Source: Lama glama | Lineage: Eukaryota | Direction: 5' to 3' | Assembly (NCBI GenBank): GCA_028534125.1 | Contig: CM052817.1 | Span: 97,156,001-97,220,000, forward strand | DNA length: 64,000 nt | In this document: piece by piece, positions 1 to 11,635 of the stretch | Numbering within the stretch: position 1 is the first letter of the stretch | Layout of the letters: every line of letters begins with the position of its first letter | Position numbers and translations under genes: made by a program | The notes under the pieces: generated by a model | Databases searched by the model: none | Told to the model about the DNA's origin: nothing | Seen by the model: only the letters and a program-made list of their open reading frames with translations

Positions 1-590
1 TCTTAAAAAAAATTACATAGCTGCTCCTGTGGTGAAAATAAGTTCATGGCAGGTAACTAGAATTTATAGATGAGAGAAAAATTCTTTAAAGCTCGTCTCC
101 CTGTGGTGTGGGTTTTTCCTTCACTTCTAATAGGTCCTATTTTAATTTCTGGTTCTGAATTCAAGTAGCTGTCACTTTCTTTGTAGCCCTTCTTTGAAAC
201 TCTTGCCGCGTAGGAGGTAGTCGGACTGTCTAAGAAACATTTTTTCAAACCAACCAAAGTATTATTTATCCTGAATGAAGTAGAATTTTTAAGGCTGTCA
301 AGAGTGACTGATGTGAAACGTTTTCTTTGGTAGCCAGGAAGATGAACAGAAATCTTGAAAGGGAAGGTATTATCTCAGTGCAGCCAATTCCAAACGACTT
401 CTGTTACTCAGGAAACTCTTGTGGACCATGATAAAAATTACCAGGAGATAAAGTGTTGTCTACCATTAATATAAGCAAACTGTGGCCAGTTTATTTTATT
501 TACTGAATCCTTACCAGCTGTTGAGGAAAAAGGAAATGATGTGAGGTTGAGTCAACTGTGTGTTACAAGTTGTCACTCATTGCCTTTTAT

Positions 591-693
591 TTTATTTTAT
601 TTTATTTTATTTTATTTTGATGGAGGTACTGGAGATTGTGCAGGCTAAGCATGCACTCTACCACTGAGCTACACCTTCCTCTCACCCACCTTG
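591..693 (-). mobile_element. tRNA-Ala-derived camelid SINE (Vic-1-like) with an internal deletion and an (ATAAA)n tail
   Basis: Minus strand ...GGTGTAGCTCAGTGGTAGAGTGCATGCTTAGCCTGCACAATCTCCAGTACCTCC, followed by the tail. Flanking direct repeat ttgccttttat at 580-590 and 694-704. Confidence 0.85.
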
Positions 694-1149
694 TTGCCTT
701 TTATGAACTCTGGGTTGCAGCTCTGCAGCCCGGCTCCTTCTGAATGCTCATTCAACTTCCCATGGCATCCCTGCGTGTCTTCCGAGCAGTATTTAGAGGG
801 ATCCAATGTCATCCTTGGATGGAAAAAAAAATCTTCAAGCTTATTACAGTGAATTATTCGGCTGACATTTTGCATAGACTAATATTTGTTCTCCCAGCTC
901 AGCAACGTGATATCTTTTAGCTTGAAATGTGATTATAATCATGGTCTTATTTTTTTCCCTTTGGATCAGAACAGAAATAGTGATTCCTTAAGGCTCTGTT
1001 TATTATCTTAGTTACTTTTAAAGGTGGATCCTTTTTTAGAAAACTTGTAATAGTGAATATGAGAACAGGATGTAAAATTTGGAGGGTCTTAATAGTATAT
1101 AGTTACATATACCATACCATGTGCCAGCTACTGGTTTTAGCAGTATCTG

Positions 1150-1320
1150 TCAAACTTAGCTAATCCTTCTAACAGTCCTATAGGTCGCAGTAATACCCAT
1201 ATTTTATAGTTCAGGAAACTGGGCTCAGAGAAGGTCAGTAGCTTACCTGTGTCTCCCAGCTTGTCAGTGCCACAACCGGGACTGACCAGTCTGGTCCCAG
1301 AGTCTTGGCTTCCCACTCTG
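1150..1320 (-). mobile_element. MIR SINE
   Basis: Core cccatattttatagttcaggaaactgggctcagagaaggt. Confidence 0.75.
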
Positions 1321-2252
1321 CTCAAGTGCGAACACAAGTACTCAGCAGATGGTCGTCTTCCCTGGAGTTTTCCATGGCCAGTCTTTTCAGAGATACCATG
1401 TGCCTTTCTAAGCAATATATTGATTCATTCTTTTTAAATGTTAAGAATGATTCTTCGTTTTTCCATTAAAGACAGTGGCTAGTTTTATTGTAAAGGAATC
1501 AGGGTTACGATTTTCATGAAGGAAAAGAAAGAGCCAGAGATGAGTCTGGTTTAAACCCAGGACATCTGGGTTTGTTTGGTTATGTTGATTGTAGGCAACA
1601 CTCTTAGGGTAATTTTTATCATGATCCACTGCAGCAAAAATGGGCCCTCCCGGAGAAAGGAGAATGCTCATTTTTATGAGCAAAGGGGAGGGAAAACAAT
1701 CATTTTATTTTAGTGTTATATTTATTTTATCATGATTTGTGCAACCATTGATCTAAATGAACAAATATCTGGCTTTAAAGTTAGCTGCAACGCAGATATC
1801 TCAGGGACCTGATACCTTGATAAGTTGTTAGAAATGCCTGAACTGAACCAAATACAGTCAGGAATTTGTTGCTGCCTGAATATACTCAGTTTTGCTGTTA
1901 TTTTTCTTTTGTCTGTTCTCTCTTCCATTCTTATAAAAATTTAAAAAAAAGGCAATATGTTCCTTGGCTTGAAACACCAAAAGATGTAAAATGATACAAA
2001 GTGAAAAATTGCCATTCAGTCCTATCCACTCATTCCCTGCTCCCTATGGTGCTTGCAGCTCTGTAACCATGAGCCATGTAAGAGGTGGCACCCTTAGTTT
2101 CAAAGTTATCTAGTACTGGCAATTTCAATTTTTTTTTTCATCTAGTGCTTCCAACATAGTAAAGCAACAGGAGTTTCATGTCATTTCAACCTGTAGTTTC
2201 TTAAGTTCTTTCCAAGTTGAAATTCCGAATGGATTGCGAACCACTGAATTAG

Positions 2253-2334
2253 TTGGGTCGGACCATATGAAACCTGCTGTTTGTGTTTGTCCAAAATGAT
2301 TGAATGGCAGCAGTTTCACTAGGTTCAACCTGAA
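2253..2334. mobile_element. MADE2-like mariner-derived MITE (imperfect palindrome, about 80 bp)
   Basis: ttgggtcggaccatatgaaacctgctg ... cagcagtttcactaggttcaacctgaa: terminal inverted repeats resembling ttaggttgaaccatatgaaa. Confidence 0.7.
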
Positions 2335-4987
2335 GTTTCTTATTTTTCCTTTTGGAATTCTTCATGTATATATAAGCATATATGAATATAGATTTGTATT
2401 TACCCACCATGTACCCAAAAGCTAGTTGTGTAACTTACTTAAAAAGAAAAACTTTAGGTATATCTTGTGTTGTTTTTTATGCCAATACAAAGAGAATACC
2501 CTCTCTCTTTTTCACTGCTGTGTAGTATTCTGTGGGTTCTGTTGTGTGGGCATACTCCTAAGAGGCCTCGTATTCTACAGCCAAATGCAAGCAGACGATG
2601 CAGGTCCCTTACTAACCACACACAGGCTTCCAGCCTTTCAATAGTAATAAAAATGTTTCCACAGATATAATACCCATGGTATGCTTTTGAATGAATAAAG
2701 CAAGTTACAAAACAGGATTTCAGAATAACCTCACTTCTAAAGGAAAAGCTGTGTAAATACATGTGTAAGTGTAGAAATAAGTAAGTCTGGAGGAATATTA
2801 ACCAGTTATGACAGTGGTTATCCTTAAGAGGTGAGAGTTTGGTGATCTTCTTCTTTGTACATATCTGTAGTTCTTTTTCCTGTAGTGTATTACTTGTTAC
2901 ACACACACATAAATACACATATACACACATACATCATAGACTCATATATATGTGTTTCAGTTACAAAAGTTTCAGCCTAATACTGGTGCAATCTGTGCTT
3001 GCTATTTGGTGTGCTCTGTGTAAGATTTTGAAGCAGAAAGAATGAAGCAGAGCCCTAGAAAAAAGCATATGGCATCCCGCTAGCATGAGCTGAGCTGGGG
3101 AAACTTCCTAGGCACCATGCTGAGAATGGTGCTTAGTGTTTTCCTGTTAGGTTTCCTGTAACTTTCACCTTCTACCTGGACTGCTCTTGGTCACATTGTC
3201 CTAGCATTTTGGGGATCACTGTCACTGGACATACTTAGGCAGCAAAGAGTTTTATTGAGTGGTAGAATTGTTTGTGGTTAAGTCTGGATTTAAACTAACC
3301 TGGGTTTAAATCCCTGTGCTCTTCTTATGGTCTTTTATGATCTCAGCAAATTCCCCTAGAAGCCTCATGAGTTTGGGTCAATAAATTTTCACATGGCTTT
3401 TGCCAAGAACAACTGAGTTGATGGCTATAAACCACCCAATGTTTAGGAAATACTGAAGAACTTTAGCTTATATTTTCTTGAGAAGCTGATGTGTAAAATA
3501 GAGAGCTTCAAATACATTGTTGCTTGTGGTGTTCTTTCAAAGAAAATGTAACTTTGTCTTATTTTTGTCCAACTTAATAAGTAGACTTACTGGTTGCTAG
3601 CCACAGTCCTAATCTGGCAATTAATAATGACTTACATTGTTTGGGTGAAAAGAATGGGGTTTGGGGGAAGAGGAGGACAGGTAAATAGCTAGGAGTGTAC
3701 CAGCCCTCCGAGTCTCAGCTGGACTGGAGTGTGTTCTGAGCACATTGCTCTAAATTTCCTGAGCTGTCCAAGTGTCAGGTCTTCCTCAGAAGTTTATGGA
3801 AGACAGCTTGATTCAGTGTCTGATTACTTCTTGGTTCCTAAGGATAACAGTCCGTGGTTGTTCTATTTGTTTGTTTATACAGGCAGAAATCTCAGTCTGT
3901 AAATAATACCTCAGGACTGTGATGACGATAAAAGCCTGCCCTCGGCTTCTTCGCAGAGTAAAGCAATTGGCTTTGACTTCTATTGACATTGCAGCTGAAC
4001 TGGTCTTATTCACTTTATAATTGAATTGCTACAGACTTCCATTGACCTTTGTAAGTAGTAGAGGTGGTTCCCGGAGTTGTAACCTAATGCCTGTTAGCTG
4101 CTGCTGTAACGTTATAATGAGGTCTCTGTTTTATGTCATGTGATTAGAACACAGCTGATTCCCTTATTAGCTTTTCCTAGCATACACTATTGGCTCATCT
4201 GAGCCATTCAGTAGCTCTTGGGGCAAGCATTATGCTTAAATTTTTGTATCTTCAGACAACAGAAAATAAAATCTGCTTTATAATGGCATGGCAATTTCAT
4301 TACCTCTTTTCATGCCTTAAAGGGACAGTTTAGTTTGTAGTTCAGGAGTCGACTTTCCTCTCAGTTTTTTTGGGGGGATGTATATCTATGTGTACTTTTG
4401 ATTTATTTGAACTTTTGGGACTGGGGGTGGGAGTCACATTTCCCTTTCCTGGACATGGTTTCAAATAAAGAAATTACATTACCCAGGGGAATTATTCTTA
4501 CCCAGCCACTGACTGTCATCAGTCTGCATGTTGTTTAGCTTTACTGTGGTTCCCATTATGGTTCGTTTTGTTTGATGAAGGCAAAATGGGATGAGAGGAA
4601 CTGGGACATCTTGCCCCCTATGCCGCATGACATTGCTTTAACTTGCAGCAGAGCCAAGAATTGGGGTAAGTGGGACTTTAGGAACCTTTCCTTCCACTTG
4701 GCAATTATAACCCGTCTCTCAGTGCACCTCCCACTGCTGCGAAATACAATTAGCTTTCTTTCCTTAATGGGCAGTTGGCAGGGTTAATTTCTTAAACCTC
4801 CTCCCCTTTTTTCCCTAATGTAAGACTTAAGGAGGATTCTCTGATCAAGGACTCTAGACTGTTTTCTCACAGTAATCATTTACCACCTACTACTGCATAG
4901 CCAGCAAAGAAGAATGCCCTTTGCATGGCTTTGCCTTTTTTCTTTTTTTAAAGAAAGATACACAATTACATTAGCAATTTTTTAAAA

Positions 4988-5203
4988 TATGTGTTTTTAT
5001 TGAAGTATAATCAGTTTATAGTGTTGTCAGTTTCTGGTACAGCATAATGCTTCAGTCATATGTGAACATACATATATTCATTTTCATATTCTTTTTTATT
5101 ATAAGTTACTACGAGATAGTGAATGTAGTTCCCTGTGCTGTACTGTATGAACTTGTTTATTTTACATATATGAGTATCTACAAATCTCGAACTCCCAATT
5201 TAC
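4988..5203 (-). mobile_element. Lineage-specific L1 3'UTR fragment (5'-truncated)
   Basis: Typical ttttattgaagtata-tcagttta...gttccctgtgct...ctcgaactcccaattta. Flanked by the duplication ttagcaatttt(tt)aaaa. Homologous to the copy at 26.4 kb. Confidence 0.85.
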
Positions 5204-7317
5204 GTTAGCAATTTTAAAAGTTCAATTTCAAAGTCAAACTTTGAGTTTCCTAACCTATCTTTATTATTTAAATTAATGTAAGGAAGAAATTAAGTGTGTG
5301 TGTGTATACTTTTCCAGTTCATGAAAACTCATGTATAAAATAATATGACATAACTCTTCTGACCTGTGTTTCGAGAAAGATAAGAATAAATATCTGGCCT
5401 AAAAAATGTATCAACTTTAATTTTTATCTTGCTTTGGGCTCTTTCTCTTTCTGTAGATTTTACCTGTTTGTGCCTCATAAAGCAGTTCCTTGGCCATTTT
5501 CGTTGAAGTAGACCAGCATATGGAAAGATGTGTAGGGAGGGCCGGGTTCTCTTTGGCTGGATGGGTATGAATTTGGTTTGGGATCTGATCCTGACCCTTC
5601 TCAGCCTTGCTGCTCACAGGCTGCTCTTCCGGGCGCTGGTCTTCCCATGTGCGCACTGCAGCTTGTAGTTAGAGAAGCCAGGAGAACTCTGTGAGGTTCT
5701 GGCCGAGTATCTGAGTAGGTTGTGAAGAAACAGGCCTGTTCACTTTTCTTCAGCAATCAAGGAGTGGGCCGCTTGTACAAAACCAGTCTTAGATAATGCA
5801 GCTAGGCAAGACAGGCTGTCCTTCTTTGTGGTAGTAAATTTGAGCATCTGGTCACCCTGGTATCTGCAAGTCAGTAATTACAGGGATGCTAATGCTAAAG
5901 ACCAGATGCAAAAACAAAACGCCGGACAAAACTGTAATCCTCCCTTTGGAGCAGTAGTGAGTGAAGTCGTGTTCTGGAGGTCTTGCTCCTTTACTCGGAG
6001 GTGGAACTCTTGAATGTTTCATTGTCTACAACAGTTTCACTCAGTCATTTGAAGGCAAGGAGACGTTCATTACGATGTACTTCCAAGACTTAGGTAGGAA
6101 GAGTGAGGCCACGGATGACTCGAGTGTTCTTGAGTGTCCTTGTTAAAGCAGGATTCTGTCCTGGAGGGGTTAGTGTTCCCATCCAGCATGACAGTTCTAA
6201 GATGAGTTAAGTAGTATACTGATCTGTATTAACCACATTGTAGGGTCCAGCACTGCATAGTGTGTGCTCCCCTTCCTGTGCACCAGATCATTAGAGAAGA
6301 TCATAGATCTAGTTGTATCCTTTGATTTCTGTCAGCCTTAAGATGCCATTGTTGGCCCCCTCATCCCTTCTGCTGTGTTGACTTTGTGAACATTGGTGGG
6401 AAAATGTTTTCTTTCTACTGTTTCGTGTATCTGAACTTTCTTACCAGCTCCTGGACAGACTGAGCTTTATCTATAGAGGCCACTTCCATTTTTATTGTTC
6501 AGTGTTGGGTTTTATTTACAATGTCAAGTCCAACAGCAGTTGAGCAGGGAGGAGGGGAAACACAAGTTTCGGTTCATTCTAGTGTACCCTATTCCGTGCA
6601 GTAATTAGAACTAGTTTTTGACGTGATGAAGTAAAGCAACTCAGACTTTATTTGAACAGAGTGGAAATGATGTCAGAGTGTCTGTGAAATGAGTTTGGGA
6701 GTGTTTGTCTTGATACTAGTCACTCTTCCTTTTCAGCACCCTCTATGTCCTGGGTGACATTAGGAGGAAAGATCGCTATGGCTCGAAGGAGATTTTATTG
6801 ATGTCATAATATCTGCCACGTGATGGAAACTAGGGCGGCATGGCTATTTTCTGCTTGGATCAAAGGTTGTATTTTGAACAGGCTTATATAAGTTAGCAAA
6901 ACAAACACACCTCTCCTCCTGCTGCAGCATTTCCTGCTCCCCTCCCAGTTTTAGCCCCTTCCCATCAGTTTCATTCCCAGAGCCATTAGTCTGTCTGCTA
7001 CTGTGCCTCGTCCCCAGACATGCTTTTTCTTGAGGATTCCCTGCAGGCTGCACCCTTTTCAGCTTCAGACACGAAGCCTAAATTTTTGGTGCTCAAGTCT
7101 TCCGTGGTTACAGCATCATTAGAGCAGTCACACCAAATGGGCAGAGAAGACACTGAAAGTCTCTAAGCAAGATGTTGTTGGTTATTATTGTGCAGCCCCA
7201 TTTAAAACACAGGAAATGCAGAATGACAGGAGGATAATTACAATGTGAAATGACAGGGGAATAAATCCAGGTGCGAGGGGTGAGGGGCGTGGGGTGGGTG
7301 TCGTCACAGCAGCTCTG

Positions 7318-7334
7318 TTCGCCCCCTGCTGGGG
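7318..7334 (-). promoter_or_regulatory. Candidate CTCF site in an ARHGAP10 intron
   Basis: Minus strand CCCCAGCAGGGGGCGAA matches the CTCF core CCASYAGRKGGCR. Confidence 0.5.
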
Positions 7335-7849
7335 AAAGGTTCCACCTAGTTTTGGTTGAAGCCACCCTCAGAAGTAAAGTAGATCATGTTTAGCCTTGAG
7401 ATTTATTTTTCTGTACTTATGTATTGAGTTTTTATATGTCAAGTCATATTTTCTCATCAATTTCCACTATGATTTTGGAGATTTCTTTTTCCTCCAGAAA
7501 GTCTTATATACTGGTAAATAATGAAAATAATAGTTAAGAATATTAGCTTTTCATTTTATGGATAACCTGTGTATATTAATTATGGTATACAAGTAATCCC
7601 TGTTGAATGAGGACACTAAAGTATAAAAGACATCAAATGTGTTTTAGTACACTCTAATTTTGAGAGTTTACCCTGACTGAATTTAATTTGAATTGAATAT
7701 TTATGAATTTATCAAATATGAATTGAATATTTAAACATTCGTGATGACCCTTTGACTATCAATATTTAGGAAAATTGTCTGTTTAAATATGGCATAAAAG
7801 TGTTCTGAATATTCTTTATTTCCTAATCAAAATTTTAGTGCTAAAAAGT

Positions 7850-9530
7850 TCTCCTTGGTATTATGGTGCCATGTTTCACAAATTTTGTTATAAAATGTCT
7901 TTGTCATTGAGTTCTACACCTTAATTTGCATTATGATTTTCTTTTTAGCCATGTTTTGTTTACCAGCATATAAAATTGAAAAATCTCTGTCCTTTTGTTT
8001 ATTAAGTTCTAAGTATTTTGTAATTTCAATCTGAGAAGAGAGTATGTATAATAGTCGTCCTTCAAAATATTTTCCTCAAAAATATTTGTTCTCGAAGACT
8101 ACTCCTGTTTATTGCAAGGTGCTGTGCATGTGTGCATAAAGTAGGCAGCCTTGTACTGTTGACTACAGATAGGTCTCTCTCTCTTTTTCTTTTTCTTTTT
8201 TTTTTTTTTCCTTTTTGGAAGGGGGCTCCCTAATAGCAGTGTGTGTTAAAATCTCCAATTACACCAGTTGATTTTTCTGCTTTCCCTTACAGTTCTGTCT
8301 GCTGCTTGAGGCTGTATCATTAGGTGCTTATCTTCATGTTCCGTTGCCTTGCCACTTTATCAGTGCAAAATGATTCTCTTTGTCTCTCGTGTAGTTTATT
8401 AAGATAATTATCTTTATTTTGGTTTATATTTGCCTAGGATAGCTTCTTTTTTTTATTTTCAACCTTTCTTTGTCTTTTTGTTTTAAGCTTGTTTCTTGTC
8501 GTTGACATGGTATTGGATTTAAAAATACATTTGGAGAATCACTGTCTTTTAATTGGTGAGTTTAATGCATTTATATATATTGTAATTACCATTACGTTAG
8601 AATTTCTGTCATTTTATAATTTTTGTTTAATAATTTTGATACTAATTTTTCCTTTCCTCCTTTTTCTTTACACAAGCAAATATTATGCTGTTTCTAATAA
8701 TGTACATTCTGTGTTTGTCTCTAAGGTGGTTGCCTTTATTTTGAGATTTATAATCTCATTTATCTGTTGACTTCTTAAACTCAAGTATGTTTCTCTCTTC
8801 ATCTCTAGTAAGATAAATAAATAATGGAGTGTCATCTTTTGTGGACTGTCTACTCATACCATGTTGATATTTTCTAGATTCTGGACCATTTTGGGTTCTT
8901 TTTTCTCCCTTTTCTTTTGCCCTAGAGTTTTTAGAAGACAGCAGTAGACATTGAAAATCTCATATTGTTTCTTTTATTTAAATATTTGAAGCCTGCTTTC
9001 TAAGAGTGTTACCACTATAGGTTTTTACGTAGCAAACCCTGGGTGTTTTTATGTCTATCATGTTTATTGTGCCCTCACGTTTGAACAGCAATTTGGCAGT
9101 TTGAATATGCAGTTCTACACTCAAAATTCTTCTCCTTCAGTATTGGAAAGATACAACTTCAGAATTGTTGTAAATTCAGATTTGCTGTTGAGAACTCTCA
9201 TGTCAATCTGGTTTTTTTTTTTTTTAAGTATGATCTGCTCTGTCAGGAGACCTTTTTTCCTGTGTATTTGATATTAAATTTCACAGCAATGTACCTCATG
9301 TGCAGCGTTTTCTTTATTTCCCTGTTTGATGCTCAGAGTCATTTAGTTTGAAGTCCTTGAGGTTCTTTCATTTTGTGCAACTGGTCATTCTTTCTTTAAA
9401 TATTTCTTCTCAATGTATTTCTTCTTCTGGGCAATTTTACTTCTGTTTTACATGTTACAAACCTCTAAACCTCTGAATTTTTTTCTTTGTTGTTGACATT
9501 GAGTTTGCTGTCTTAGTTTTCTTTGTGTTC
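7850..9530 (-). mobile_element. Highly diverged L1M fragments
   Basis: T-rich diverged L1-like motifs (gtgttaaaatctccaatt, tttaattggtgagtttaatgcattta, gctgttgagaactctcatgtcaatctg). Boundaries are uncertain. Confidence 0.55.
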
Positions 9531-11454
9531 TTAGAAGTTAAAGTTGGTTGTAAGTCCATGGTGAGGGGGGATTTTGTGGGGGCACTTGCGATTATGATGA
9601 CCTGGAGCCTCTTTCTCTTCCTTCCTTCTTTTTTCTACTCCCTCTCCGGCTCTTGCCTCTGCCAGGCACACCAGATCGAACCAGGTTCTTTGGTTCAGAA
9701 CCAGCTATTAATCTTGTGCTTAAAACTCTCATCCCAGGGACAGGAGTGGGTGGACGTATCAGATCCATTTCCCCAGGCAAGTGGGGAGCTTTGTCATCGA
9801 TTGGTGGCCTCCATTGAGTACGGGGAGCATCTCTTCACCCTGGTTCCACGTGGGGATCCTGTTTCTACCTTGACCCATGCCTGGCGTGTTGTAGGTGTAC
9901 TGGCCCAGTGGCACCACAGGATTTCAACGTCTGCTGGTTCTGCTGCTTTTGATGAGTCCTGGAGCCAGGAGACCTTTGGCTTGTGCTGCTGCTGAGCTCT
10001 GAAACCGTTTCCTTTCTCTTTCACGGAGATACATAACAAGTTTTCAAGTGCTGTTACAGTTTTTAATTTATCTTTTGAATGTCTTAAAAAAATTTTTTTT
10101 TGTTGTGGTTGTTGGGCATATGTGTGGGGAGAGGTGGGTTTCCACTTAAAATTTCATTGTCACTTTGGCTGGAAATTTCCTGACTGACCTTAATTGTAAA
10201 AGTGTTACTGTGTTGTTATAAGTGGAGTTACTTTGTTTTCAGGAACGCTGTCTTTGATCCTAGTGACCAGCTGTTTGATGTTTAGAAGCCTCTAAGGTCA
10301 TTCTGACCCATGGGAGGCGTATCTGTGTGTCTGTGGAACTGCAGAGGGTCTGCGGTTGTCTTCCATTTGACCCAATACCTAACTGTGGAGTTATTAGAAT
10401 TAAGTTCAACTAATGCATTCGATCTTTTCTCTCTTTTCTTTTTTCTTTCCTCTTTTCGGTCCCTTTTCCTTTCCTTTCTTTCTTCTGCTAATTCATAAGC
10501 CAGGATGTTTGAGAGAGGGCATTGTGGACTAGCCTTACTAGTGGAGACAGCCCATCTCTGAGAAATTTTCCAAACTGTCCTCAAACATTCAAACACGCTA
10601 GGCTAAGTAGAGAACAACAGGTAAGGGAGGCAAGAGAGCTCTCTCTGACTCGGTAACGACTGGAAAGTGTATCTGCGGGGAGGACAAAGGAGATATGAAC
10701 GCAGGGGGAGGGCAGCTCTCAGCCTCGGGCCTTCCAGCAGTGCCGCAGCAGCTGCGTTTCCCTGAAATGAGCAGAAGGCGAGTGGAGCGCATCGCTTGTC
10801 ACCATCAGAACGAGAACGCCCAGCTAACTAGAGTAAACGGGTATCAGCATGTTAAAATGTAGGTGATAAACATGCTCTGCATTGTTAGCTATGGTGCAAT
10901 GATCAAACGTGTGTTCCGTCTGCCTGTTCAGCTCTCTGCCAGTCGTTCCAGCTTGTGTCAGTCTCTCATGGAAACGAAACACCTGTGCTCGTGCTTAGGG
11001 TCATAAGGAAATCAGACTAAATACTGAAATCCAGTAGCTGGCACGAAAGGCACACTCTGTTCAATACCTTTTTTTTGTCTATTTTTTTTTTAATGAGAAT
11101 CTATGTCTGTTGGGATGACAAGAGAGAATCTGAAATACTTGCAAGACAACACCTCTCTCTCTCTATTTACCATAATAACAGCAATAACCACGACCACCAG
11201 TAGGGAGAAGCCCGCTCCTTATGCTGAGGTTTCTCTGGGGCTTTCTTACATTTCTCCGTCTTCCCCTTTGCTCTGTCCATCCAATCCCACAACTTCAGCT
11301 CTAACCATGTGCCTCTTACATCAGTAAAACTGTCCCAGAGCTCTGCCTCAGGGCCCTGGGGCCGAATAAGCAGCTCTCCTCTGGACATCGTCCCTGGATC
11401 TGTTACTGACAGCTCAGCCCCAGCATGTCTACAACCCCGTTTGCTCCTTGTTTT

Positions 11455-11635
11455 ATTTTTTTCCCATTTTTCTAATTGCAGTATAGTTGATTTACGATGC
11501 TGTCAATAGTAAGTTAGTTTCTGGTATATAACATAATGATTTGGTTTTATACATGTAATATATATATGTAATACTCCTTTCCATATTGTTTTTCATTGCT
11601 ACAAGCCATTGAATAGTTCCCTGTGTTGTTTATCT
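11455..11635 (-). mobile_element. L1 3'UTR fragment inserted in an L2 remnant
   Basis: gtatagttgatttac...gtttctggtata...gaatagttccctgtg. Target-site duplication ttgctcct(t/c)gtttt. Confidence 0.75.

Noticed and set aside
11049..11063. GRE/MRE-like GGCACActcTGTTCA as a possible autoregulatory site
   Set aside because: About one match to GnACAnnnTGTnC is expected by chance in 64 kb, and there is no independent support.
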